Positions 16,959-24,257 of a DNA stretch of 60,252 bases are shown here, piece after piece; position 1 is the stretch's first letter; each line of letters opens with the position of its first letter. Origin of the DNA: an uncultured Gammaproteobacteria bacterium. Lineage in GTDB: Bacteria; Patescibacteriota; Patescibacteriia; CAIXNZ01. The position numbers were made by a program, and so were the translations under genes. The stretch lies in NCBI GenBank assembly GCA_964400885.1, contig CAYNWH010000007.1, positions 1-60,252 on the forward strand, written 5' to 3'. The notes under the pieces are model-generated. The model was not told where the DNA came from and made no database searches. It saw only the letters and a program-made list of their open reading frames with translations.

Positions 16959-19364
16959 CTATTTTCTAATCTGCGCCCCTAATTTTTCTTCTAAAGTTTT
17001 TAAAACTTGTGCCTGAATTACCTGCACTTCTTCCATGGTTAATGTTTTATCATCAGAACGGTATTCTATTCTAAAAGCAATTGATTTTTTGCCTTCAGGG
17101 ATACCTTTACCTTCATAAACATCGAAAAAAGTTACTTTGCGGATCAAATCTTTATCAACACTTTTGACTAAATCATCAACCTGCTCCCAAAGTATTTTTT
17201 TCTCAATAATCATAGAGATATCCAGATCAATATTCGGGAATTTAGAAATAGTTTTATATTTCAGATCATCAGAATACAAAGCTACTAATTTAGTTAGATT
17301 TAATTCAAAAAATGCCACTTTTATTTCTAAATCTAATTTTGAATATAAATTATCCGCTAACTCGCTTATATAGCCAAAATCTTTTCCAGAAACCATTATT
17401 TTTACTGTTCGGTTTTTTTTGCCAAAAACTGGTGCTTGGCTTGTTTTAGCAAATTTATAATCCAAATGCAAACGCGAAAGTAAAGCTGATATTATATTTT
17501 TAGCAATATAAAACGGCTCACTGTTTTTCTTTTCCTGCAAAAGACCAGCGACCCACTTCTCCTGTAAAGGCAAATGACCTTGCCCTTTATCAGAAATCTT
17601 CTCGCCTTTTTCATTCTTTAAATAAGTTGAGCCAACTTCAAACAAGCTAATATCGTCATAAAAACGGTTATTTAAAACCATATTTTGCAGTAAATTAGGC
17701 ACCAAAGTTATTCTTAATCTGCTGGTTTCCTGAGAAAGCGGATTGCTTATTTTAATATGATCATCAATATCTAAGCCTATTCTTTTCAGTTGCTCTTCGC
17801 TGTTAAATGAATAATTATAGACTTCAGTCATGTCAAAACCATAAGCTAAGATATTTTTGATTTTCCTTTCCAGCTCTCTTTCTGGATTTAATTCCGGTCG
17901 CTGCATTTTAACTTCTGGCATTTTGATTTCAATATTGTCATAGCCGTAAATTCTAGCGACTTCTTCCACAATATCTTCTGGAATAGAAATATCCTTAGTG
18001 GCCCGCCAAGTCGGGATTGTAACTTCTAACCCATTTTTTTTCTTTTTATTGACAAAGCCTAAAGAATCTAAAATTTCAATAACTTTCTTCGGATCAATAG
18101 CCTGGCCTATCTTTTTATTTATAAAATCAAAATCAATTTCAATCGGCCCCTGATTTAATTTAAATTTTTTCACATCTTCAATTTGGGAAATAATCTTTGC
18201 TTCTTCGCAAAGCTGTAAAATCAATTCTATGGCTTTTTTAATGCCTAGCTCTGCAATATTAGGATCCAAAGATTTCTCAAAACGAATAGACGCTTCTGTC
18301 CTCAAGCCTAATTTGGCAGATGTCTTGCGAATAGAAACATGGTCAAAATTAGCTGATTCAATAATTATTTTTTTAGTTCGGCTGTCAATTTCTGTATTAG
18401 CGCCGCCCATTACGCCAGCAATGGCAATCGGCTGTTTAGCGTCAGCAATAACCAGCGTTTCTTCAGTTAATTTACGAGTTTCCTCATCCAAAGTTTTAAT
18501 TTTCTCACCCGGAGTAGCATTGCGCACAATAATGCGCTGGCCTTCTAATTTATCATAATCAAAAGCATGAAGCGGCTGGCCAATTTCCATCATTACATAA
18601 TTAGTAATATCCACAATATTATTAATAGAACGCATGCCTACAGCCTGCACTCTCTTTTTAAGCCAATCAGGAGATTCAGCGATTTTAATGCCTTCAATGA
18701 CCACGCCCATATAACGCGGACAAAGCTTATAATCTTCAATTTTTATATTTAATTTTTCCTTACCATCTTTAAAACTTTCTACTTTATAAATTTTTAACTT
18801 TTCATTTAAAATAGCCGCCACTTCCCTAGCCACACCATAATGCGCCCACAAATCAGGCCTATGCGTTAATGATTTGTTATCAATTTCATAAACTATATCA
18901 TCCAGACCCAAAGCTTTAGCTAACGTTGTGCCTGACACTAATTTGTTATCCAAAATTAAAATCCCAGAATGGTCTTTACCCAAGCCTAATTCATCTTCAG
19001 CGCATAGCATGCCTTCTGATTCTTCACCGCGCACTTTTACTTTTTCAATCTTCATGCCATTAGCTAAAATCGTGCCAATCAAAGCGACTGGCACTTTTTG
19101 ACCTTTGGCAATATTAGGCGCGCCACAAACTATTTTTAATTTTTTTTCACCAATATTAATAACAGCCAATTGCAACTTATCAGCATTCGGATGTTTTTTG
19201 ACTTCTAAAATTTCCCCCACCACTACGCCTTTTAGGTTTTCTTTTTGATCAACAAACCCTTCCACTTCAGCCATGGCCATAGTCAATTTCAAACCCAGCT
19301 CTTTAGCACTTAAAGAGTCAGCAATCTTTACAAAATCTTTTAACCAATTACGGGAAATATACAT
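16959..19364 (-). CDS. pheT: phenylalanine--tRNA ligase beta subunit
   Basis: 801 aa. N-terminal tRNA-binding OB domain (KHPNADKL), B3/4, B5 and FDX-ACB domain order. Lies downstream of pheS. Confidence 0.95.
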   Translation of the reverse strand: MYISRNWLKDFVKIADSLSAKELGLKLTMAMAEVEGFVDQKENLKGVVVGEILEVKKHPNADKLQLAVINIGEKKLKIVCGAPNIAKGQKVPVALIGTILANGMKIEKVKVRGEESEGMLCAEDELGLGKDHSGILILDNKLVSGTTLAKALGLDDIVYEIDNKSLTHRPDLWAHYGVAREVAAILNEKLKIYKVESFKDGKEKLNIKIEDYKLCPRYMGVVIEGIKIAESPDWLKKRVQAVGMRSINNIVDITNYVMMEIGQPLHAFDYDKLEGQRIIVRNATPGEKIKTLDEETRKLTEETLVIADAKQPIAIAGVMGGANTEIDSRTKKIIIESANFDHVSIRKTSAKLGLRTEASIRFEKSLDPNIAELGIKKAIELILQLCEEAKIISQIEDVKKFKLNQGPIEIDFDFINKKIGQAIDPKKVIEILDSLGFVNKKKKNGLEVTIPTWRATKDISIPEDIVEEVARIYGYDNIEIKMPEVKMQRPELNPERELERKIKNILAYGFDMTEVYNYSFNSEEQLKRIGLDIDDHIKISNPLSQETSRLRITLVPNLLQNMVLNNRFYDDISLFEVGSTYLKNEKGEKISDKGQGHLPLQEKWVAGLLQEKKNSEPFYIAKNIISALLSRLHLDYKFAKTSQAPVFGKKNRTVKIMVSGKDFGYISELADNLYSKLDLEIKVAFFELNLTKLVALYSDDLKYKTISKFPNIDLDISMIIEKKILWEQVDDLVKSVDKDLIRKVTFFDVYEGKGIPEGKKSIAFRIEYRSDDKTLTMEEVQVIQAQVLKTLEEKLGAQIRK

Positions 19365-19370
19365 AAAATG

Positions 19371-19652
19371 CTATTTTAGCCATTTATTAATGAATCCCCT
19401 TTTGTCATTGTTATAATTTCTATACATATCAATCACAATATCGCGGAAAGAAATCAGCAGCCAAATTATACTAAAAGCAATAAAAGGATAGCTGTTTATA
19501 TTATTAGCATAAACATACAAAAACAAACCGCCAAAAAAATTAAACAAATCATAAATCAGATAATCCTGTTTCCACTTATGCAATTGATTTAAAATAAAGG
19601 CAACTACTATTAATAAAACTCCAATACTGCCAATTATTAATGCGCTGTCCAT
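19371..19652 (-). CDS. small membrane protein (93 aa), unknown function
   Basis: Three hydrophobic segments; 6 nt after the pheT start region. Confidence 0.45.
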   Translation of the reverse strand: MDSALIIGSIGVLLIVVAFILNQLHKWKQDYLIYDLFNFFGGLFLYVYANNINSYPFIAFSIIWLLISFRDIVIDMYRNYNNDKRGFINKWLK

Positions 19653-19699
19653 AGATTTTAAATTAATAGTTAATTTATTGAACTTTTATCTTTTGATAA

Positions 19700-20458
19700 T
19701 TAAATATTATTAGGCACATCCACAAATTCAACATCAATATCAAATTCCTTAGCCACTAATTCACCTAGATTTTGCACACCCAGTTTTTCCGTATTGTAGT
19801 GTCCAGCATTAATAAAATTTATCTTGATTTCTTCAACTTGTCTGACGATCTCTTCTCGGATATCGCCGCAGATATAAGTATCGCAACCAACTGCAACAGC
19901 AGCTTTATAATCAGGAGAAGCGCCACCAGAAATTATGCCGACTTTTTTAACCTTATTGGGTCCTGCCGCAAGATTATAGGAATTAATATTTAATTTTTTA
20001 TTAACCAAGCTAACAAAATCACTAAAATTTATCGGCTGATCTAATTCGCCAGTATAACCAATATCACCGTAATCGGGAGTATTTAAAACTTTCATATTCA
20101 CCAAGCCTAGCAAACGGCACAAACTAATATTGTTGCCAATCTCCGGATGAGCATCCAAAGGCAGATGAAAACCCATTAAATTAAGATCATTGCTTAAAAG
20201 TAATTTTAATCGGTTTCTAAAAATACCGGTAATCTGTTTGCTTTCAAAAATGGATCTGAATAAGCCATGATGCACAATGATCATTTGCGCCTTTTTAGCA
20301 ATGGCAGCTTCAATTATTTTTTGTGATAAACTCACACCAGTAATTATCTTCTTAATTTCTTTAACACCCTCAACCTGAAGGCCATTATGACAATGATCTT
20401 CAAAATCTTTAACTTTCAGATACTCCTCGCAAAATTTTACGATTTTATCTCTGTCCAT
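19700..20458 (-). CDS. NIF3-family dinuclear-metal-centre protein (GTP cyclohydrolase 1 type 2 homologue)
   Basis: IIVHHGLF and GHYNTEK motifs. Start set to MDRDKIVKF (ATG at 20458) because the longer ORF-track start lies inside a palindromic repeat. Confidence 0.8.
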   Translation of the reverse strand: MDRDKIVKFCEEYLKVKDFEDHCHNGLQVEGVKEIKKIITGVSLSQKIIEAAIAKKAQMIIVHHGLFRSIFESKQITGIFRNRLKLLLSNDLNLMGFHLPLDAHPEIGNNISLCRLLGLVNMKVLNTPDYGDIGYTGELDQPINFSDFVSLVNKKLNINSYNLAAGPNKVKKVGIISGGASPDYKAAVAVGCDTYICGDIREEIVRQVEEIKINFINAGHYNTEKLGVQNLGELVAKEFDIDVEFVDVPNNI

Positions 20459-20542
20459 AAATCTGATTGTCATGGTGAGCTTAGTCGAACCATGACTTTT
20501 AATTCTCGCCACACTTCGACTATGCTCAGTGTGACAGATTAC
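20459..20542. repeat. two inverted copies of the hairpin element (loops TGAGCTTAGTCGAA and TGAGCATAGTCGAA)
   Basis: GTCATGG-TGAGCTTAGTCGAA-CCATGAC (20470-20497) and, inverted, GTCACAC-TGAGCATAGTCGAA-GTGTGGC (20508-20535). Confidence 0.75.
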
Positions 20543-21583
20543 TTAAAATTGGTTAAGGAATCTCAAATCCCCTGATTGTAATAAGCGAATATCATCTATC
20601 CCATATTTCATCATGACCAACCTTGTTAAACCCAAGCCAAAAGCAAAACCAGACCATTTGGCCGGATCAATACCGCCTGATTTCAAAACATTGGGATGAA
20701 CTAAGCCAGAACCCACAAATTCAATCCAGCCAGTCTGTTTACAAACAGAACAGCCTTTACCCCCGCAAATCAAACAACCAAAATCCAACTCAAAACCCGG
20801 TTCCACAAAAGGAAAATAGCCTGGCCTTAATCTGACCTTAACTTCTTTTTTAAAAATCGCTGAAAGCATTTCTTTCATCACAGCCACCAAATTAGCAATG
20901 GAAATTTCTTTATCAACCATAAGCCCCTCCAGCTGATAAAAAGTATGGTCATGGGAAGCATCAGTGGCTTCATTGCGAAAAACTCTACCTGGAACAACGC
21001 AACGCAAAGGCGCACCATATCTTTGCATAGCACGAATTTGAACTGGTGAAGTATGCGTACGTAAAACTAATTTATCTTTCCCTGAGCCTGTCGAAGGGTC
21101 AATATAAAAAGTATCTTGAGCATCTCTAGCCGGATGCCAGCTGGGAATATTTAAAGCCTCAAAATTATAATAATCAGATTCTAATTCCGGACCGTCTAAA
21201 ATCATAAAACCCATGGATTTAAAAATATCCTCCAATTCAGACTGAACTTGAGTCATGGGATGCAAATGGCCTAACTTATATTTCTCAATTTCCAAGGTCA
21301 CATCAATAAAATCCTGCTCCAAATTTGTTTCGGTTTGCAAATCCAAATCAGCCTTTTTTTTGTTTAAAGCTTTGCTTATTTCTTCCTTGACGTCATTAGC
21401 CATCGCCCCGAGCTTAGGCCGTAAATCTTCAGAAACATCTTTAATATCTTTCAAAAGCTTGGCCAATTCCCCGCTCTTTCTGGAAAAATATTTATTTTCA
21501 ATCTCCTGCCATTCTTTTGAATTTTTTATGCCCTGAATTTCTTTCAATGCCTGCTCCTTTAATTTTTTGAGATTTAATTCCAT
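20543..21583 (-). CDS. pheS: phenylalanine--tRNA ligase alpha subunit
   Basis: 346 aa with class-II motifs (HPARD..DTFY; RTHTS; GLGLTRL). Confidence 0.95.
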   Translation of the reverse strand: MELNLKKLKEQALKEIQGIKNSKEWQEIENKYFSRKSGELAKLLKDIKDVSEDLRPKLGAMANDVKEEISKALNKKKADLDLQTETNLEQDFIDVTLEIEKYKLGHLHPMTQVQSELEDIFKSMGFMILDGPELESDYYNFEALNIPSWHPARDAQDTFYIDPSTGSGKDKLVLRTHTSPVQIRAMQRYGAPLRCVVPGRVFRNEATDASHDHTFYQLEGLMVDKEISIANLVAVMKEMLSAIFKKEVKVRLRPGYFPFVEPGFELDFGCLICGGKGCSVCKQTGWIEFVGSGLVHPNVLKSGGIDPAKWSGFAFGLGLTRLVMMKYGIDDIRLLQSGDLRFLNQF

Positions 21584-21594
21584 AATATCTTAAT

Positions 21595-21654
21595 TTAGTC
21601 CGCCGAAGCTTCAGCGAAGGCGGGCTCTTTAAGTTTTTTAAGATTTAATTCCAT
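21595..21654 (-). other. 19-codon upstream ORF duplicating the pheS start (MELNLKKLKE + PAFAEASAD)
   Basis: Read by hand: atg gaa tta aat ctt aaa aaa ctt aaa gag ccc gcc ttc gct gaa gct tcg gcg gac taa. The first 10 residues are identical to PheS, and the tail is encoded by a GC-rich palindrome. Confidence 0.4.
21597..21626. repeat. GC-rich palindrome CCGCC-GAAGCTTCAGCGAA-GGCGG
   Basis: Shares GCCGAAGC and GCGAAGGC with 15078-15112 and with the outer arms of 10022-10069. Confidence 0.7.
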
Positions 21655-21657
21655 ATT

Positions 21658-22332
21658 TTATTTAATTATTTCTTCAAGTCTTTTCTGCCACCAATTTTGA
21701 ACCGACTGAAGATGTTTTTGGGGGCCTTGTTTTCTAAAATGGGCTAATCTCTCCTGGAAAATCTTATGATATTTTTTAAAATTAACCGAACTTCTTAAAG
21801 CCCATAAAGCAAACCTAATGTCTTGTTTTTCCTTTTCTTTAATAAATTTATCATCTAAATATCTATTGGGCGAATGGTCAAAATCAATCGAGACTAGCTT
21901 AATTTTATTTTTAAAAATCTTTTTGGCTAATAAATTAACTTTTTTCTCCCTTGTCTTTTCGCAAAAAATATAAATATCAGCTGGTAACAATTTCTTTTTC
22001 TCCAATATTTTTCTGGTAAATAATAAATTTTCTAAGGTTGACAAAGCTTTCGCTTCTTTAATAAATTGCCAATTATTAGTTTTCTTTCTAAGAAAAGGCC
22101 GTCTAGCTAAAACGTAAAAATACTTAACCATTTCTCCGGCTTCATCCCTTTTAAAAGGCTTAAAAATATCTGTTTTGCCGCCGCTAAAAACGATTAAAGG
22201 CTTTTTTATCTTATTTTTCAAAGAGATCTCATAGATATTATTAAACGCCAATTTTAAATAAGTTTTATAATTCTCATCTTTGCGAATATCTTTAGGTATG
22301 CCATAGCCTAAAACCAGAAATAAAGTCTGCAT
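21658..22332 (-). CDS. DUF218/YdcF-like protein
   Basis: The layout LVLGYG...IVFSGGKT...EAGEM..Y...STLENL resembles the DUF218 (YdcF/ElyC) core. Assignment is tentative. Confidence 0.45.
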   Translation of the reverse strand: MQTLFLVLGYGIPKDIRKDENYKTYLKLAFNNIYEISLKNKIKKPLIVFSGGKTDIFKPFKRDEAGEMVKYFYVLARRPFLRKKTNNWQFIKEAKALSTLENLLFTRKILEKKKLLPADIYIFCEKTREKKVNLLAKKIFKNKIKLVSIDFDHSPNRYLDDKFIKEKEKQDIRFALWALRSSVNFKKYHKIFQERLAHFRKQGPQKHLQSVQNWWQKRLEEIIK

Positions 22333-22351
22333 ATTTTATAAAAATTATTTT

Positions 22352-22388
22352 CCTATCACCAATCACTAATGACCAATAGCTAATTATC
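22352..22388. repeat. heptamer word array
   Basis: CCTATC ACCAATC ACTAATG ACCAATA GCTAATT ATC. Confidence 0.8.
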
Positions 22389-22392
22389 AAAA

Positions 22393-23505
22393 TTACTGCA
22401 CAATTTTCGCTATGATATTAGTAAAAATATCGCTATAACGAATTACGTCCTGAAAAGTAATAATAATCACCAAAATCATTAAAACAGCAAAGCCTATTGT
22501 ATGGACAATTGATTCAATTTTCTGGGAAACTGGTTTACGGCGGATTTTTTCAATAGCCAGGAATAAAAGCCGGCCGCCGTCCAAAGCCGGAAAAGGTATG
22601 AAATTTATAATTGCTAAATTTAAAGACAGCAAAGCAGTAAATTGTAAAACATAAATAAAGCCTAAACGAGCGACCTGGCCGGTTAAAACAGCTATGCCCA
22701 CGGGACCAGAAACCTGAACGCCAAGCGGCTTGCCAATAATTAAATTTTTCAAAATATTGCCAAAAGCAAAAACAATTTCCTTGGTCAATAAGCCGGTTAA
22801 TTTAAAGCCCTGCCAAATCGCTTGGTGAATAGGATAAGCAACAATGCCTGTTTCTACCAGGCCAATGCCAATGCCAGCCTTGCCATCACCAATATCCACG
22901 ACCTGAATGTCTTTATCTAAAATTTGACCATCTCTTTGAATTTTATAATCTACTGTCTGGCCGATTTTACTGGAAGTATCAGCTAATAGTTTATTCACGC
23001 CTTTTACTTCCTGGCCGTCAACAGCTAAAAGCACATCGCCGACTTTTATGCCGGCTTCTTTAGCCGGCTTGTCATCTAGCACAGAAACAACCTGAACTTT
23101 ATAATCTTTAACCAAGCCCTGCTCCAATGCTGTCTGATCAACTGCCTGCGGCAAGCCAATGGCAAAGCCAAAAGTAAACAAAACAGCGCAAAGCAAAAAA
23201 TTCATAACCACACCAGCTACCAAAACAATAGCCCGGCGCCAGGCTTTTTGGCTGGCAAAACTATCCGGATCTTTACGATTTTCACCATCTTCACCTTTTA
23301 TTTTGACAAAACCGCCTAAAGGGATCCAATTAACTGAATAAAAAACTCCGTCTTTACCTTTTTTGCCCCAAATTCTGGGCGGAAAGCCAAAGCCGAATTC
23401 CTCAACTTTCATGCCCATTTTTTTGGCTGTAATAAAATGGCCAAATTCATGGACAAAAACTAAAATGCCTAAAACAATAACAAAAATTAATACAGTAAAA
23501 AGCAT
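22393..23505 (-). CDS. rseP: RIP site-2 metalloprotease RseP (M50)
   Basis: HEFGHF zinc motif, a central PDZ-like segment and the NFIPFPALDGG motif. Confidence 0.9.
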   Translation of the reverse strand: MLFTVLIFVIVLGILVFVHEFGHFITAKKMGMKVEEFGFGFPPRIWGKKGKDGVFYSVNWIPLGGFVKIKGEDGENRKDPDSFASQKAWRRAIVLVAGVVMNFLLCAVLFTFGFAIGLPQAVDQTALEQGLVKDYKVQVVSVLDDKPAKEAGIKVGDVLLAVDGQEVKGVNKLLADTSSKIGQTVDYKIQRDGQILDKDIQVVDIGDGKAGIGIGLVETGIVAYPIHQAIWQGFKLTGLLTKEIVFAFGNILKNLIIGKPLGVQVSGPVGIAVLTGQVARLGFIYVLQFTALLSLNLAIINFIPFPALDGGRLLFLAIEKIRRKPVSQKIESIVHTIGFAVLMILVIIITFQDVIRYSDIFTNIIAKIVQ

Positions 23506-23578
23506 GTATCTAAATTTAATATTAAAAAAATTTATAACTTAATTTTAGCTTAACTAAAAATAAAAATCAAATCCAGGC

Positions 23579-23607
23579 TTGACATTTTTGATAAAATTTG
23601 CTAATAT
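23579..23607 (+). promoter_or_regulatory. promoter TTGACA-17-TAATAT (RNA 1)
   Basis: Exact -35 hexamer, 17-nt spacer. Confidence 0.55.
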
Positions 23608-23613
23608 TTTATT

Positions 23614-23848
23614 AACTAAAAGAATTGCTAATCTCAGTATTAACTTCGGGTTAGGCGAGACAGGCAGTGTACAATGTTTGTCTCAAGAGTTGCGATCTAC
23701 TGGGCCAGGTCACAAAGGGCTCTAACGATCGATCCCGAGGGAGAAACCTTAGCTGAAAAAGCGCGCTATAGCTGAGGCAGAATCCTAGCCGTAAGGCAAA
23801 AACTCTAATTTTCGAAAAAAAGCCGCTTAACGGCTTAAATTTTTTTTA
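23614..23848 (+). ncRNA. candidate structured RNA 1 (~235 nt), family unknown
   Basis: TTGACA-17-TAATAT promoter at 23579-23607. GC-rich body in an AT-rich genome. Long-range pairing GGTTAGG (23649-23655) / CCTAGCC (23784-23790), a GAGACA/TGTCTC hairpin, and an ending at the AAGCCG-CTTAA-CGGCTT + T8 terminator. No convincing ORF or SD. Confidence 0.45.
23820..23847. terminator. bidirectional terminator AAGCCG-CTTAA-CGGCTT flanked by an A-run and a T-run
   Basis: A7 upstream and T8 downstream. Confidence 0.55.
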
Positions 23849-23956
23849 GGGCCCGCAAAAAAGAGCTGTATGGCCAAAAACCAGGCCAAGGCTTAGGTCA
23901 TGCTCTCTAGGGCCCAAGTACTATTCCGCGGTCTGATATTCATCAGACCGCTTTAT
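23849..23956 (+). ncRNA. candidate structured element 1b (nested helices plus a strong hairpin); may be a read-through extension of RNA 1
   Basis: GGGCCC (23849-54) pairs with GGGCCC (23910-15), AGAGC/GCTCT and TGGCC/GGCCA are nested inside, then a 10-bp hairpin GCGGTCTGAT-ATTC-ATCAGACCGC (23928-23951). It has no promoter of its own. Confidence 0.3.
23928..23956 (+). terminator. 10-bp hairpin GCGGTCTGAT-ATTC-ATCAGACCGC + TTTAT
   Basis: Strong stem, short U-tract. Confidence 0.45.
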
Positions 23957-23958
23957 GA

Positions 23959-23987
23959 TTGACAATATGAATTCTCTTTGCTAATCT
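23959..23987 (+). promoter_or_regulatory. promoter TTGACA-17-TAATCT (sRNA 2)
   Basis: Exact -35 hexamer, 17-nt spacer. Confidence 0.55.
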
Positions 23988-23993
23988 TTATTA

Positions 23994-24107
23994 TTACAGT
24001 AAATTAATGTCTGCTAGTTTTTCTTTCTGTTCGCTAGACTTACGTCAGCTGAGCTACATTACTTTATTTTCCTGTAAAGGAAGGCGAGATTCTTAATCTC
24101 GCCTTTT
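23994..24107 (+). ncRNA. candidate small RNA 2 (~113 nt), paralogue of sRNA 3
   Basis: TTGACA-17-TAATCT promoter (23959-23987). The 5' arm 23996-24009 pairs with 24057-24070. Terminator GGCGAGAT-TCTTA-ATCTCGCC + TTTT. Confidence 0.5.
24083..24107 (+). terminator. terminator of sRNA 2
   Basis: GGCGAGAT-TCTTA-ATCTCGCC + TTTT. Confidence 0.6.
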
Positions 24108-24111
24108 AAAC

Positions 24112-24140
24112 TTGACGAAAATTAATTATTATGTTAAGTT
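24112..24140 (+). promoter_or_regulatory. promoter TTGACG-17-TAAGTT (sRNA 3)
   Basis: -35 matches 5 of 6 positions, 17-nt spacer. Confidence 0.5.
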
Positions 24141-24146
24141 AACAAA

Positions 24147-24257
24147 TTACAGTATTGTGTCGCAGTCTTTTGCTTGTTCCAATACGCTAGAGCATCGTCA
24201 CCTCAACTAAATTGCAGCACGATACAGCCAAAGGCGAGATTTCACATCTCGTCTTTT
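24147..24257 (+). ncRNA. candidate small RNA 3 (~110 nt), paralogue of sRNA 2
   Basis: TTGACG-17-TAAGTT promoter (24112-24140). The 5' arm 24149-24165 pairs with 24212-24228. Terminator GGCGAGAT-TTCAC-ATCTCGTC + TTTT. Shares ATTACAGTA, CGCTAGA and CGTCA blocks with sRNA 2. Confidence 0.5.
24233..24257. terminator. terminator of sRNA 3, abutting the murI stop (possibly bidirectional)
   Basis: GGCGAGAT-TTCAC-ATCTCGTC + TTTT. The murI stop codon is at 24256-24258. Confidence 0.55.

Noticed and set aside
21595-21654. The uORF upstream of pheS as a classical Phe-attenuation leader peptide.
   Set aside because: The peptide MELNLKKLKEPAFAEASAD has a single Phe, and no terminator/antiterminator pair was seen. 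A duplication caused by element insertion explains it better.
23614-23956. Assigning RNA 1 / 1b to RNase P RNA, tmRNA or SRP RNA.
   Set aside because: I could not find the GAGGAAAGTCC-type RNase P box, a tRNA-like 3' end with a tag ORF, or the GGAA-tetraloop/AGCA domain IV of SRP. A GCCAAGGC match to 4.5S RNA is out of context. The RNA is left as unknown family.
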